Positions 13,090 to 25,730 are shown, counted from the stretch's first letter. The stretch is DNA of 64,000 nucleotides from Chrysomallon squamiferum (GCA_012295275.1 CM022670.1:28830001-28894000), one strand, 5' to 3'. A program made the numbers and translations. The notes: generated by a model not told the origin, from the sequence alone.

Positions 13090-16000
13090 GATTAGAAGAG
13101 GAAAATGAAGAGAAGAATCTACACATGCATCTTCTGCTTTAGAATGGTGCAAGAGAAGGACTACACCTAAATGGTAAACAGAAATGCCTGTTCATTTTGT
13201 AAAGAACAAATTTATCATAAGTGAAAAAAAATATATTTGGTTTACAATAAGAAATTAAAATAAAATAAGTAAATTAGTGGTAATAAAAATAATAAATGTG
13301 ATAGTACTGATAATCATAAGAATGAAGTTATCCAGAAAAATAACATCAACATCATCGTCATCATAATCATCAAAGACTACAATAAGAACTATCATGATGA
13401 CGATAGTAATAATGGTAATATCAGAAATGATGGAATTAATTTTGCGTTTGTTTAAAAGTTTGTTAAAGGAAATACAGACATTATTACCCGTTGCTTTCTC
13501 AAAATGAGAAGAGGAAAATGAGGACGAGTGTCTACACATGCATCTTCTGCTTAAGAATGGTGCAGGAGAAGGACATCACCTAAAGGGTAAACAGAAATGC
13601 CTGTACATTTTTTTTGAAGATGAAAGTAATAAAATGGAAATATTAAAGTATTTTCTTTACAAAAAGTAATTAAAATAAAATGAAACTACTTAATAGTAAG
13701 AATATTAATGAAAATAAAATTAATAGTGATAATGGCATTATTATATTTAATTGAAATCATCATCATCATCATCATGAAAGAAAATTTAAGAACAATAATA
13801 TGATTAAAGCAGTAAGAGTAATACTAGTAGGAATTAATTTTGTATTTGTTTTAATGTTTGTTAAATGAACTACTGACATTTTTAGATTTGTTTTCACAGG
13901 ATGAGAAGAGGAAAATGAAGACAGGAATACACAGCTGATCAGAAATGGGTTTTTAATGTTTTGGGGTTTGCCAGCTTTTGGGTGGGCGTGTATGCATTTT
14001 AACGTAGGCATCAGACTCTTAATACTGATGTCTACACATGCATGTTCTGCTTTATAATCCGTAGGTCACATAGGTGAAGAAGGTGAAAGTATGCTGCAGG
14101 AGAAAGACATCGCCTGAATGGTAAAGTGTACATTTTTCAAAGAAGATTAATAAAAACGAAGAGTATTGGTTTCATAAACATTAATTAAAGGCATTGAGAT
14201 AAGATAAAATAAAATAAAATAAAGTGATAATAACAGTAACAACAACAATAGAAAAAACAATCACGGCAGTACTGAAAATGTGAATCATAACGAGAATAAC
14301 AACAAAACCAACAACTACAACAACATCATCACGAACATCTTCATCATCAAAGTGAATAAGTGTTACATGATGATGATAATAAAAAGGGTAACACTAGTTA
14401 TGACGGAATTGTATTTTTATTTGATTCAAAGTTTGTAAAATGAAATACTGACATTCCTACGGTTTGTTTTCCCAGGATGACAAGAGGAAAATGAAGACCA
14501 GAATCCACAGATGAAGCCAGGAATAGGTTTTTCATTTTCCTTGGATTTCTGGCATTTGAGTTGGACTGTATGCATTTTAACGTAGACATACTGATGTCTA
14601 CACATGCATGTTCTGCTTAAGAATGCAGCAGGAGAAAGACATCTCCCAAATGGTAAACAGAGATACCTGTACATTTTGTGAAGAACAAATTAATAAAAAG
14701 TGAAAAATATAAATATTTGCTTTACAAAATGTAATTAAAATAAAATGAAATAAATTAATAGTAATAAAAATAAAATTAGTGATGGTACTGATAATGACAA
14801 TAATGAAGTTATCAGAACAATAACAACGACGATATTAATATCATCACAATCATCATCATCAAGCAGAATAATAAGAATTATCGCGATGATGATAGTAATG
14901 AGAGTAACACTAGTAATGATGGAAATAATTTTGTATTTGTTTCAAAGTTTGTTAAATGAAATTCTGACATTTCTATGGTTTGTTTTCTCAGACGAGAAGA
15001 GAAAACTGAAGAGGAGAATCTACACATTTATCTTCTGCTTAAGAATGGTGCAGATGAAGGACATCACCTAAATGGTAAACAGAAATGCCTGCATATTTTG
15101 TGAAGAACAAATGAATAAGAAGTGCAAAATAAAATATTTGCTTTACAATAAGTAACTAAAATAAAATGAAGTAAATCAATACTAATAACAGTAATAATTC
15201 TTACAATAATAATGAAAATATTAATAGTAAAAAAGTGGAAAAGAATTAATTGCATTAGAAAAGTATTTAAAATTAAATGAAATAAATTAATGTTAACAAA
15301 AGTAATAATTTTTAGAATAATAATCAAAACACGTTTGCTTTCTCAAGGAGAGAACGCGAAACTCAAGATGAGAATCTACACATGCACATTCTGCTTAAGA
15401 ATAGTGCATTAGAAGGACATCACCTAAACGGTAAACCGAAATGTCTGTACATTTTCTGGAGAAAAAACTAATAAAAAGGGAAAAACAAAAATAAAATGAA
15501 ACGTATTAATATAATACAAAAAATAATAGTGATAGTACTGAAAATAACAATAACGTAGTTATCAGGAACTATAAGAACGATGACGTCAATATCATCATCA
15601 TCATCATTATCATAAAAGAGAATCATAAGAATTATCATGATGATGATAGTAATGAGGGTTACACTAGTCATTATGGAATTAATTTTGTTTAATGAAATAT
15701 TGACATTTCTACGTTTTTATTCTCAGGATTAGAAGAGGAAAATGAAGAGAAGAATCTACACATGCATCTTCTGCTTTAGAATGGTGCAGGAGAAGGACAT
15801 CACCTAAACGGTAAAGAGAAATGGCTGTACATTTTGTGAAGAACAAATTAAAAGTGTAAAATATAATTATTTGGTTTAGAAAAAGAAATTAAAATAAAAT
15901 AAGTAAATTAGTAGTAATAAAAATAATAAATGTGATAGTACTGATAATCGTAATAATGAAGTTATCCAGAGCAATAATATCAACATCATCGTCATCATCA

Positions 16001-16220
16001 TCATCATCAAACACAACAATAACTATCATGATGGTGATAGTAATGATGGTAATAGCAGTAATAATGGAATTAATTTTGTACTTATTTTAAAGTTTGTTAA
16101 ATGAAATCCTGACATTATCACGCTTTGTTTTCTCAGGAAGAGAAGAGTAACATGAAGAGAAGAATCTACACAAACATCTTCTGCTTAAGAATGGTGCAGG
16201 AGAAGTTCTTCACCTAAATG
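13090..16220 (+). repeat. Exon-like cassette array, copies 7-14 (13090-13173, 13503-13586, 13900-14120, 14476-14652, 14992-15074, 15347-15430, 15727-15810, 16137-16220)
   Basis: Conserved core TCTACACATGCATCTTCTGCTTAAGAATGGTGCAGGAGAAGGACATCACCTAAAYG|GTAAA. Spacers are AT-rich and visibly more divergent. The acceptor is mutated to AA in copies 8 and 12. Confidence 0.8.
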
Positions 16221-16383
16221 GTAAACAGAAATGTCTGCACATTTCATGAAGAACAAATGAATAAGAAGTGCAGAATAAAATTATTTGCTTTACAAAAATG
16301 TAACTTAAAGAAAATGAAATAAATTAACAGTAATAAAGAAATGATAGGAATACTACTGATAATGACAAAAATAAAGTTTTCTT

Positions 16384-18665
16384 AGTGTGTGTGTCTGAGT
16401 GTGAGTGAATGTGTGAGTGTGAGTATGTGTATGTGAGAGGGAGGGAGTGAGTGTTTTGAGTATGTGTGTTTGAGTGAGTATGTGAGTGAGTGAGTGTGTG
16501 TGAGAGTGTGTGTGAGTGTGAGTGTGTGTCTGAATGTGAATGAAAGTGTGTGTGTGATTATGTGTGTATGTGAGAGTTACAGTTTGTGTGTGTGTGTGTG
16601 AGTGTTTGAGTCAGTGTGTGAGTGTGTGTGTGTCAGTGTGTGAGAGTGTGTATGTGAGTATCAGTGAGAGGGTCTGTGTGTGTTTGAGTATTTGTGAGTG
16701 AGTATGTGATTGATTATGTGCGTGTATGTGAGAGTGTATGTGAAAGTGTGTGACTGAGAGTGTCTGAGTGAGTGAGTGTGTGTGAGTGTGAGCGTGTGTG
16801 TGTGAGAGTGACGGTGTGTGTTTTTGTGAGACTGTTTGCGTGAGTGTGTGGGTGTGAGTGTGAGAGTATGTGTGTGCGTGTGAGTGTCAGTGTGTGAGTG
16901 CGAGTGTGTGTGATGTGTTTGTGAAGTGTAATTCGTGCGCGGTGTTTGGTGTGTAGTTCATGTGGACTGTATGGCGCGTGTGGAGCGTATGGTGTGTGTT
17001 GTGCGTGTGGTGCATATGGTATGTGTGGTGTGTGTGATGCGTGTGGTCTGTGGTGCTTATGGTGCGTGTTGTTTGTGTATTGCGTGTTTGAGTGAATGGT
17101 GTGTGTGGTTCGAGTGATGGGTGTATGATTCGTATGTTGTGTGTTGTGTGTGTGGAGTGTATGGTATGAGTGGTGTGTGGAGTGTAGTGCGTACTGTGTA
17201 TATGGTGCGTGCAGAGTGTATGGTGTGTATGGTGTTTGTAGTGCGTGTAGTGTTTGCGGAGTGTATGGTGTGTGTGTTGAGTGTGTGGTGCGTGTGGTGT
17301 GTGTAGTGTGTATAGTGTATGTGGTGCGTTTGGTCTGTGTGTGTGTTGAGTATATGGTGTGTGGTGCATATGATATGTCTGGTGTGTGTGTGGTGCGGGT
17401 GGTGTGTGTCGTGCGTGTGATGTGTGGTGCGTAAGGTATGTGTGGTTCGTGTGTGCTGCCTGTGATTTGTGTGGTGTGTATGAGTTGTGCATATTGTGTG
17501 TGTGGTGCAGGTGGAGTGTACGGTGCGTGTGGTGTATGTGGTGCGTATGGTGTGTGTGGTGCGTGTGGTATGTGTGGTGCGTATGGTGTATGTGGTGCGT
17601 TTGGTCTGTGTATGTGTTGAGTGTATGGTGTGTGGTGCGTATATGTCTGGTGTGTCTGTGGTGCGTGTGGTGTGTGTTGTGCGTGTGCGTGTGTGGTGCG
17701 TAAGGTGTGTGGAGTGTATGGTATGTGATGCGTATGGTATGTCTGGTGCGTGTGGTGCGTGTGGAGTCTGTGGTGTGTGTATGGTGCGTATGGTGCGTAT
17801 GGTGTGTGTGGTATGTATGGAGTGTATGGTGTGCCTTGTGTGTGGTGAGTGTGGACTGTATTGTGGGTGTGTTGTGTGCGTGGTGCGTGTGGTGTGTGTG
17901 GACTGTATGGCGTGTGTGGTGTGTGTGGTTCGTTTGGTGTGTGTGTGTGGTGCGTATGGTGTTTCTGGTGAGTGTTTGGTGCGTATGGTGTGTTTGGTTT
18001 GTGTGGTGCATGTGATGTATGTGGTTTGTGTGAAGTGTATTGTGCGTGTGGTGTATGTGGCCTGTGTATAGTGCGTGTGGTTTGTCTGTTGTGTGTGGTG
18101 TGTGTATGCTTGGAGTTTATGGTACATGTGGTGTGTTTGGTGTGTGTGTATGGAGTGTATGGTGTGTGTGGTGTGTGTATGGAGTGTATGGTGTGTGTGG
18201 TGTGTGTGTGGTGCCTTTGGTGTGTGTGTTGGAGTATATGGTGTGTTTCGTGCATGTGGATGTGTGGAGTGTGTGACATTTGTGTGGTTCCTTTGGTGTG
18301 TGTCTGGTTCGTGTGGTATGTGCGGTGCGTATGGTGTGTGTGGTTCCTATGGGGTGTATGGTGAGTGTGGTGCTTATGGTGTGTGTGGTGTTTATGGTGT
18401 GTCTGGTGCGTATGGTATCTTTGGTGTTTGTGGGATATGTGGGATATGTGGTGCGTTTGGTGTGTGTGTGTGTGGAGTGTATGGTGTGTGGTGCGTATGG
18501 TATGTCTGGTGTGTGTGGTACGTGTGGTGTGTGTGGTGTGTGGTGCACGTGGATGTATGGTGTGTGTGGTGCATGTGGATGTATGGTGTGTGTTGTGCGT
18601 GTGTTCTGTGTGTGGTGTGTATGGTGCGTGTGGATGTGTTGTGCGTATGGTGTGTGTGGTGTTTT
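16384..18665. repeat. GT-rich low-complexity/minisatellite block: (GT/GA)n then degenerate 9-mers such as GGTGTGTGT and GGTGCGTAT
   Basis: Directly visible. It accounts for the many overlapping His/Thr and Cys/Val ORFs. Confidence 0.95.
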
Positions 18666-18829
18666 TTATTTAACCCGACCTAACAACACCAATAACATTA
18701 AATAAAGAATAAAATAAAAAGTAGTTTTGTTTTTATATTTTTCAGTATATGTGGTATATTTCAGATTAAACAGTTTTGTCCTTTTAATGAATTATCGACA
18801 TCAGATTAATTATGTCGTTGTCGCATGAA

Positions 18830-18837
18830 TGACGTCA
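18830..18837. promoter_or_regulatory. Perfect CRE palindrome TGACGTCA upstream of the GON-TSP1 gene (also in the duplicate near 25793)
   Basis: The motif is present, followed by a TA run at ~18890 and a possible donor AG|GTAACT at 18923. Function is unproven. Confidence 0.25.
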
Positions 18838-19539
18838 GAAAAGATATTTTCTAAAGATGGCTATTTATTTTGATTTATTTATTTTTTAAATATATATATA
18901 TTTTAATGGATGACAATACTAGGTAACTGTTATTTTATATACACAAATACACCATATTTTAGTGGTTTGCAAGAAGTATTGTATAAATGTTCTCATATTC
19001 TTAATGGATTACTGCAAAGAATATTTTAGCTAATTATTAAATTAGCGACGTCACTAGATTTTTGTGAACTTTATGAAAACTTATGATTTTATTACGTTTG
19101 TCAAAACTCCAAAAGGTAAAAATGAAATATTCATGATCTTTTAACTCTGTAAGACATACATACACTTACACACACGGATACAACACACACAAACACACAC
19201 AGATAGACATAAAAAAAACATTTACACCCAGATACAAACGTAACACAAACACACATACGCATAAGACATATAAACACTCACATAACCATACATATACACT
19301 AAGAATATTAAAAGTGAAACTGATTGTATATAATTATGAATGAAAGTATGTATGTATGTGTGTGTATGTGTATTTATGTGTTTGTGTGTGTATCTGTAAG
19401 TATATAGGTATGTACGTATGTATGAATGAAAATGTGTATAATTAAGTATATTTTAACTGAGTCGTTGCAGGAACAAGTTTCAAAACTAATGAATATTTGA
19501 GATGCTGTACTTACTGATTCCTATTTATTGAACTGTTTT

Positions 19540-19665
19540 TAATTGACAGTGAAATGAAGATACTGAACTATTTTTAATTAACAGTGAAATGAAGATACTT
19601 AACTATTTTTAATTCACAGTGAAATGAAGATACTGAACTATTTTTAATTAACAGTGAAATGAAGA
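19540..19665 (+). repeat. Tandem ~35-bp duplication of the acceptor plus ATG of the signal-peptide exon (4 units; 3 in the second copy)
   Basis: TTTTTAATTNACAG|TGAAATGAAGAT is repeated. Only the last unit continues into the signal peptide. Confidence 0.85.
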
Positions 19666-21886
19666 TGATGATGTGGCTGGTATTTTTCCTTAGTGTCGTC
19701 AAACACGTAGGTGTGTTGTATTTGTGTAAATGTTTCTTATTAACGAGATCTATATTTATCTCATTATAAGCTTCAGTATGTAAATGTTAATGTGGGATTA
19801 GAATAGGACGCTGTGAAGTTTCGAATATTCGATTCGATTCCAGATCGTCGCGAAGCTTCGATTCCATTCCATTCGATTTCTGTCCGTTCAGAATTTCGAA
19901 TATTGCAGTGTACGTACATTTGAAAAAGTGGAATAGAATATCTAGCAAGAGTTTATATGAATAAACAAAGTCAGAAGAAAACATTTTAAATAAAAATAAA
20001 GAAATAATAAAAATCTCGTCATATTTTAAAATTAAATTCGAATAAATAACACATTAACCAAATAATACCTCTGTCATACCTTTTTTTTTAATTTGCTGGT
20101 TATGTTCTTACTATATACATTTCAATCTTGTGTAATCATTTTAATCTAAGTTATTATACCGAATTTACTTTAAGATTGAACTTTTCCTTTATGAAATGTG
20201 TCTATTTTATTATTCTCCAAGGTTATCCAGAGTCGAGTTTATTCGAACAAAACTGAAGGCTCTAGTTTAGATATTAAAATGACACAGTAAATTTTTAAGT
20301 TACGTGAACTATATTTACAAAGACAGTTAAGGAAATACATATGCATAAGTAACCTGATACAGGAAACGTATTAGTAATAGTCGGTGAATTAAGCAAATAT
20401 TGTAATGGTGATGGGAACGGGGGGTATGACGTGCAATGAATATAAATATATATAAATATATACAATGACAAAAAAAATAAATAACGAAAAGATAACAGAA
20501 CAACAACAACAACAACAATAATAATAATTAATACGAAGACATAAACTATTATAAATAATGAATAACAGAGGAGTAAAACTACCTACTGCTGTTATTTCAG
20601 ACAGTGAGAAAGCTGCAAACTGCTCTCATCTGAAGGAACTAGACAGGACAGTCAAAGACAGGGATTACATTCTGTATCCACCAGCGCTTGGAAGTCAGTG
20701 GGTCAAGATTTACTGTCACAACATGAAGTCGTCACCTTCAGAATACCTTTCACTGCACTACTTCAACGGCGGCAACTACCCAGACACACGTGACAAACAC
20801 TGCACCGGTGACTTGTGGAAAGCTCCCAAGCCGTAACCCCCGTGATTACTACATACACCAAAATACGTGTAGATATCGAAGTGAGTAAACTTAGTATGCA
20901 CAGACACTGACTTCTCTGAAGAGGCAGTATACATTGTATACAATTTAAATTAAATTGACGTCGAAGCGAATTTGAATGGTAATGTACCGGTTATTCGAAA
21001 GTAGGGAACAAATATAGATATGTAGTTTCGGTACACCGGTACTGGTGACTAACTGGATCTAAATGTGTAGCCTCGAAATAACAACTGCTCAGTACGCCGT
21101 ATATTTTCAGTGAAAGTCAGACGATCTTGGATATTCGCCATATCGCTATGTTACGGGATGGAATGAATTTTTTGTCACCATCATAATACTTACAGGATAT
21201 TGTTAATTAAATTAACTCAATGTCAGTTTAATCCAGTTCGAAGATCAAAATAAGCGCTAATTAAATATCGAAACATGATAACCTAAGATAAACAAAATGC
21301 ACGACTTCAATATAAAAACAGGCGCTAAGACAATATAATCAGATTAACCGCGTTAATGGATGCTGTTTGTCGGGAAGTAGGAACAGTGATTTCGAATAGT
21401 CGGAACTTTTAAATCCCTGTCATTTCGGTGCTGTGTAAAAGAGGTTTTTCAGGAGACCGGGCTGACACCAGGCGTGTCTCTCTGTGTGTTTGAATGAATG
21501 TGTGTCTTTCTGTGTATGAACTATCCTAGTAGATACCATTTAATTTATTACTCTTGTGTTCGTGCTTTAAGACTGTGTACACGACTGAATACTATTTTGT
21601 TTTCAGACTGTGATAGTTACACGACTGAATACTATTTTGTTTTCAGACTATCATACTAAACACGACTGACTATTTTGTTTTCAGACTATGATAGTAAACA
21701 CGGCTGACTACTTGTTTGCTGAAGTCACTGGATTTCCAATTCCATACGGAACAGCCGCTGACTGTTATTCTGAGCAGTACAGCAGAAAACCAAACTGTTC
21801 TGTAAGAGGATATTTTGTCATTAATTTGAGGATACTGGCTTTATCATCGATCCTAGGGTACGTTCATACAAATTCGATAAGCATAA

Positions 21887-21924
<38 letters not shown>

Positions 21925-22705
21925 GTTAATTAATTAATTTATTTATTTTTATTTATTTATTTTTTATTTTTATTTTTTATCTATTTACTTCTTCTTTTTT
22001 TTTTTTTTGGTTATATATAAAACAAATTATTATTTAATAAAGTATAATATAATTAAATCGATGTATCACAACGATCCTCTTTCTTTAAAATCTTTGTCGT
22101 CGTTGTCGTTTTTTTTTCAGACTTCCTAGTAGACTGTAGCTACCAGTAACAGTAATAAATGTACACTGCTAGTAAAAACACGTGTGTAATTTCATACCCT
22201 GTGTTGCAGGTGTCCTGGGATATTCATGGTTACAAGGCTTTCATGGATCGCCACAATGTAACGCACGAGGGACAGAAACATGATCTACGTTGCGGCGGAT
22301 ACTATGGATCTTGTAGCAACAGTAAACCGTTAAAGTTGAAGCGTTCCATTGGTGAGAACAGCATTATAATTATTATTTCTTTTATTTGCTGATTAATATC
22401 ACAGATCTAGTTGAGAATATTACAAACACGTGTACACTGACTATATATTAAGTGTTTGTTATCTGCAGCGGATGGAAACTGGGGGTCGTGGACAGCAGTG
22501 AAAAGTGAAGATTGCAGCGTGACATGTGAAACTGGCAGAACTCAAGTGTTTTATAAAAGGAAATGTGACAACCCCAAATCTATACACACTGGAAAATCAT
22601 GTGTGGGGCTCTCGATGAAGTCGAATATTGAGACTTGCTCTTTACCTATATGTCCTGGTATACAGAAATCATATTTGATGTCATCTTTGTCAAGATTTGA
22701 TATTT

Positions 22706-22799
<94 letters not shown>
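22706..22799. repeat. (CT)n microsatellite (also 29593-29688 and ~63429-63603)
   Basis: Directly visible. Confidence 0.98.
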
Positions 22800-22802
<3 letters not shown>

Positions 22803-24509
22803 AATAATAATAATAATAATATAAAAAATACACGTACGAACATACGCAATCTGTCTGGGAACGCGCATATATATACAGACAGAGAGGTAGGTAGTTTGTC
22901 ACAGTTGGTAGTATACCGAAAGCCACATCCAACTATACTGATTGTTATGTACACATGCATACTGATGACTGTTTCAGATGTTTTGTGTAAGTCTGTTTCT
23001 CTGTTTTCTGCGTAAGACAGTATACATATAACTGAGTATATATGTTTTTCCCTGTGTGTTTGAATGTGTTGTTATTTTTTGTAATGCTGTGTATATAAGT
23101 AGCTGTATGTATGTATGTATGTATGTAGGTAGGTAGGTAGGTAGGTAGGTAGGTAGGTAGGTAAGTAGGTAGGTATGCATAGGTGATATGTTTGTGTGTT
23201 TGTGCGTATGTTTGTATTTAAATGTGTATGTAAGTATGTATAAGTGTAAATGTATGTAGTAGGTAGGTAGGTATTTGTGGGCGTAACTAAGTTTGTGGAT
23301 GTAATGTTTACGTATAAAATGTTATGTTGCAGTGGACGGTGGGTGGAGTGAGTGGAAAAAGTTAGACTACGTGGGGCAGTGCACTGTTACCTGTGGGCTG
23401 GGGATTAAAAGGAAGTATTATAAGCGGACGTGTAACAATCCTTTGCCCAGGGGTGCCGGGCTGAAATGTCCTGGAAATCACGTGATCAGTGTGGCAGAGA
23501 TTTGTGACACAAATATTACCTGTTCAGGTGCTGAGTCTGTAGATTTATACATCTGAGTAGAAAAGATCAAAATAGAGAATGCAGGTTAAAAAGCATCAAA
23601 GTCGTAAAACTATTGTTTGTTTTGTTTTTTTCTTTCACTTTCAATGTCATATTCTAAGATAATTCAAATTTGTTTCGACGAAAATCTGGTTATATTTAAG
23701 AAGTAAGAAATTAGAAGTTTCATAATTTGTCATCATTTCCCTGTCTTAGTAGATTAGATACCAAGAAGTAGCTGAAGTGACTTTCTTCTTCAGTGTGATT
23801 ATTTTACAAAAACAACGTTTTGCACCATATGACGATTAATACACACACTCTTGCACATACATATACATACATGCTCAGAAACACACACATAATACACACC
23901 TTGCAACTGAGACAAATAAACATTTCCACACACTGAGTAAAGAGGACTGGGCTGGACACTCCTATGACGGTGTGTCTAAATCAAATATCACAGCCTAATC
24001 AGTGTATGTATAATATTTGCTTGTGGAATGCTGTCTCAGTAAATAAAAAATTTAATTTGTCTAGATCATTTGCCAGTTAATGGTGGTTGGGGTCAGTGGA
24101 GAAACACGAGTTTCAGCAGCTGCAGCACATCGTGTGAAACTGGGGTGATGACGATATTCCAGACTCGAGACTGCGACAGTCCCAGTCCTGCTCTGGGCGG
24201 ACGACCGTGCCGAGGAAGAAGGAACCAAACGAACGTAGATGTGTGCAACGAACACATACCTTGTGCAGGTAAACCGAGAAGAAGGTGAAAGAAAAATAAC
24301 CAACTTCTCTGAGTAACTAAACTAAAATGTTATATACAGTTTGCAGAGAAGTACGTACAGGAAAATAAAAGGTTGTCAGAATTGTCATGCACACCAGAAC
24401 CAAGACATGTTGACAGTATACAGATATGTTTGAGAGATGACGTATACTTACAGTTTACATGTCATGTTACTTACAACTGAATTGCTAATATAAGTAAAGA
24501 AAAATCTGG

Positions 24510-24915
24510 TGAAATGTCACAGACAAGCAAAGTTTACAGAAATGTCACAGATAAGTAGAGTTTAGAGAATTATCACAGATAAGTAGACTTTAGAGAAATG
24601 TCACAGATAAATAAAGTTTAGAGAAATGCCACAGATAAGTAATGTTTAGAAAAATGTCACAGATAAGTAAGGTTTAGAGAAATGTCAGTGATCAGTAAAG
24701 TTTAGAAAAATGTCAGTGATAAGTAAAGTTTAGAGAAATGTCACAGATAAGTAAAGTTTAGAGAAAAGTCACAGATCAGTAGAGTTTAGAGACATGTCAC
24801 AGATGAATAGAGTTTAGAGAAATATCACAGATAAGTTGAACTTAGAGAAACGTCACAGATAAGTAAAGTTTAGAGAAATGTCACAGATTAGTAGAGTTTA
24901 GAGAAATTTAGAGAA
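24510..24915. repeat. 28-bp intronic minisatellite AGAAATGTCACAGATAAGTAAAGTTTAG (second copy ~31470-31900)
   Basis: AAGTAAAGTTTAG recurs at 24721 and 24749, giving a period of 28. Confidence 0.95.
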
Positions 24916-25530
24916 ATGAAGCCTTATTAATATTAATGTTTATTTGGTTTATTTGACACAAACATTGTCTCTGCAGTGAAAGGACAGTGGTCAACATGGT
25001 ATCGGTTCGTTGTCGGAAAGTGCGTCAACTGTGTACGGGTTGTGATGTTAGGAAGGAACTGTAGAAACGCAGCGGATTCAATTCGAGTGAGACCACCGAG
25101 TCGTGTAACTGTGATGGTTAGTGTTGATAATAATGACTTGCAGTGACGTCAGGGTTGCTAAAATTGACTTGTAATGACGTCATAACAAAGTCTAGAAGTC
25201 AGTTTCCCACAACATTCTTCAATCCTTGTTATATTGCCTTTTCAGCAATACCAATTCTATGAAGATTGGTCATATTTCGATATTATTTTTGGGGGGTGTT
25301 TTCACACAGAATGACAACTTTTGCTAATAACGACTTGCAGTGACGTCGGTTTTGATGATAATGACAGGTACTGACATCGGTGTTTACTAATAATGACTTG
25401 TACTGACGTTAGTGTTGCTGATAATGAGATGTACTAACGTCAAGTGTTATAATAATGACTTGTGACGTCAGTGTTTCTAATAATGACTGGTAGTGACGTC
25501 AGTGTTGTTAATAACGACATGTAGTGACGT

Positions 25531-25730
25531 NNNNNNNNNNNNNNNNNNNNNNNNNNNNNNNNNNNNNNNNNNNNNNNNNNNNNNNNNNNNNNNNNNNNNN
25601 NNNNNNNNNNNNNNNNNNNNNNNNNNNNNNNNNNNNNNNNNNNNNNNNNNNNNNNNNNNNNNNNNNNNNNNNNNNNNNNNNNNNNNNNNNNNNNNNNNNN
25701 NNNNNNNNNNNNNNNNNNNNNNNNNNNNNN
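25531..25730. other. Assembly gap (200 N)
   Basis: Run of n. Confidence 1.

Larger units (their letters stand above)
19659..25116 (+). pseudogene. GON-domain + thrombospondin type-1 repeat gene, copy 1 (5' part). Exons 19659-19710, 20601-20880, 21685-21857, 22210-22351, 22469-22657, 23333-23527, 24077-24268, 24977-25116
   Basis: Signal peptide MKMMMWLVFFLSVVKHV. GON motifs NCSHLK..DYILY..VKIYCHNM..P.EYLSL, YTKIRVD, DYLFA..G.PIPYGTAADCYS, G.F.INL..TGF, CGGYYG.C. TSP1 motifs DGxWxxW..CSVTC..R.C.NP. Canonical GT-AG with phase-1 TSP1 exons. Frameshifts in exons 2, 3 and 8. Confidence 0.88.

Noticed and set aside
12990-16115. Box C/D snoRNAs in cassette spacers (ATGATGA ... CTGA)
   Set aside because: ATGATGA is part of (ATG)n microsatellites. 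CTGA sits ~25 nt before the AG, where a branch point is expected, and is TTGA in several copies. No terminal stem was seen.
16714-18705. Long His/Thr-rich and Cys/Val-rich ORFs (up to 521 aa)
   Set aside because: They are open in several frames on both strands because GT/CA repeats rarely form stop codons. No signal peptide or splice context.
19810-19905. TCGA-rich palindromic patch (also ~26745-26835) as a structured ncRNA
   Set aside because: No tRNA, snRNA or miRNA features were recognised. More likely a fragment of a transposon subterminal repeat, which I cannot assign.
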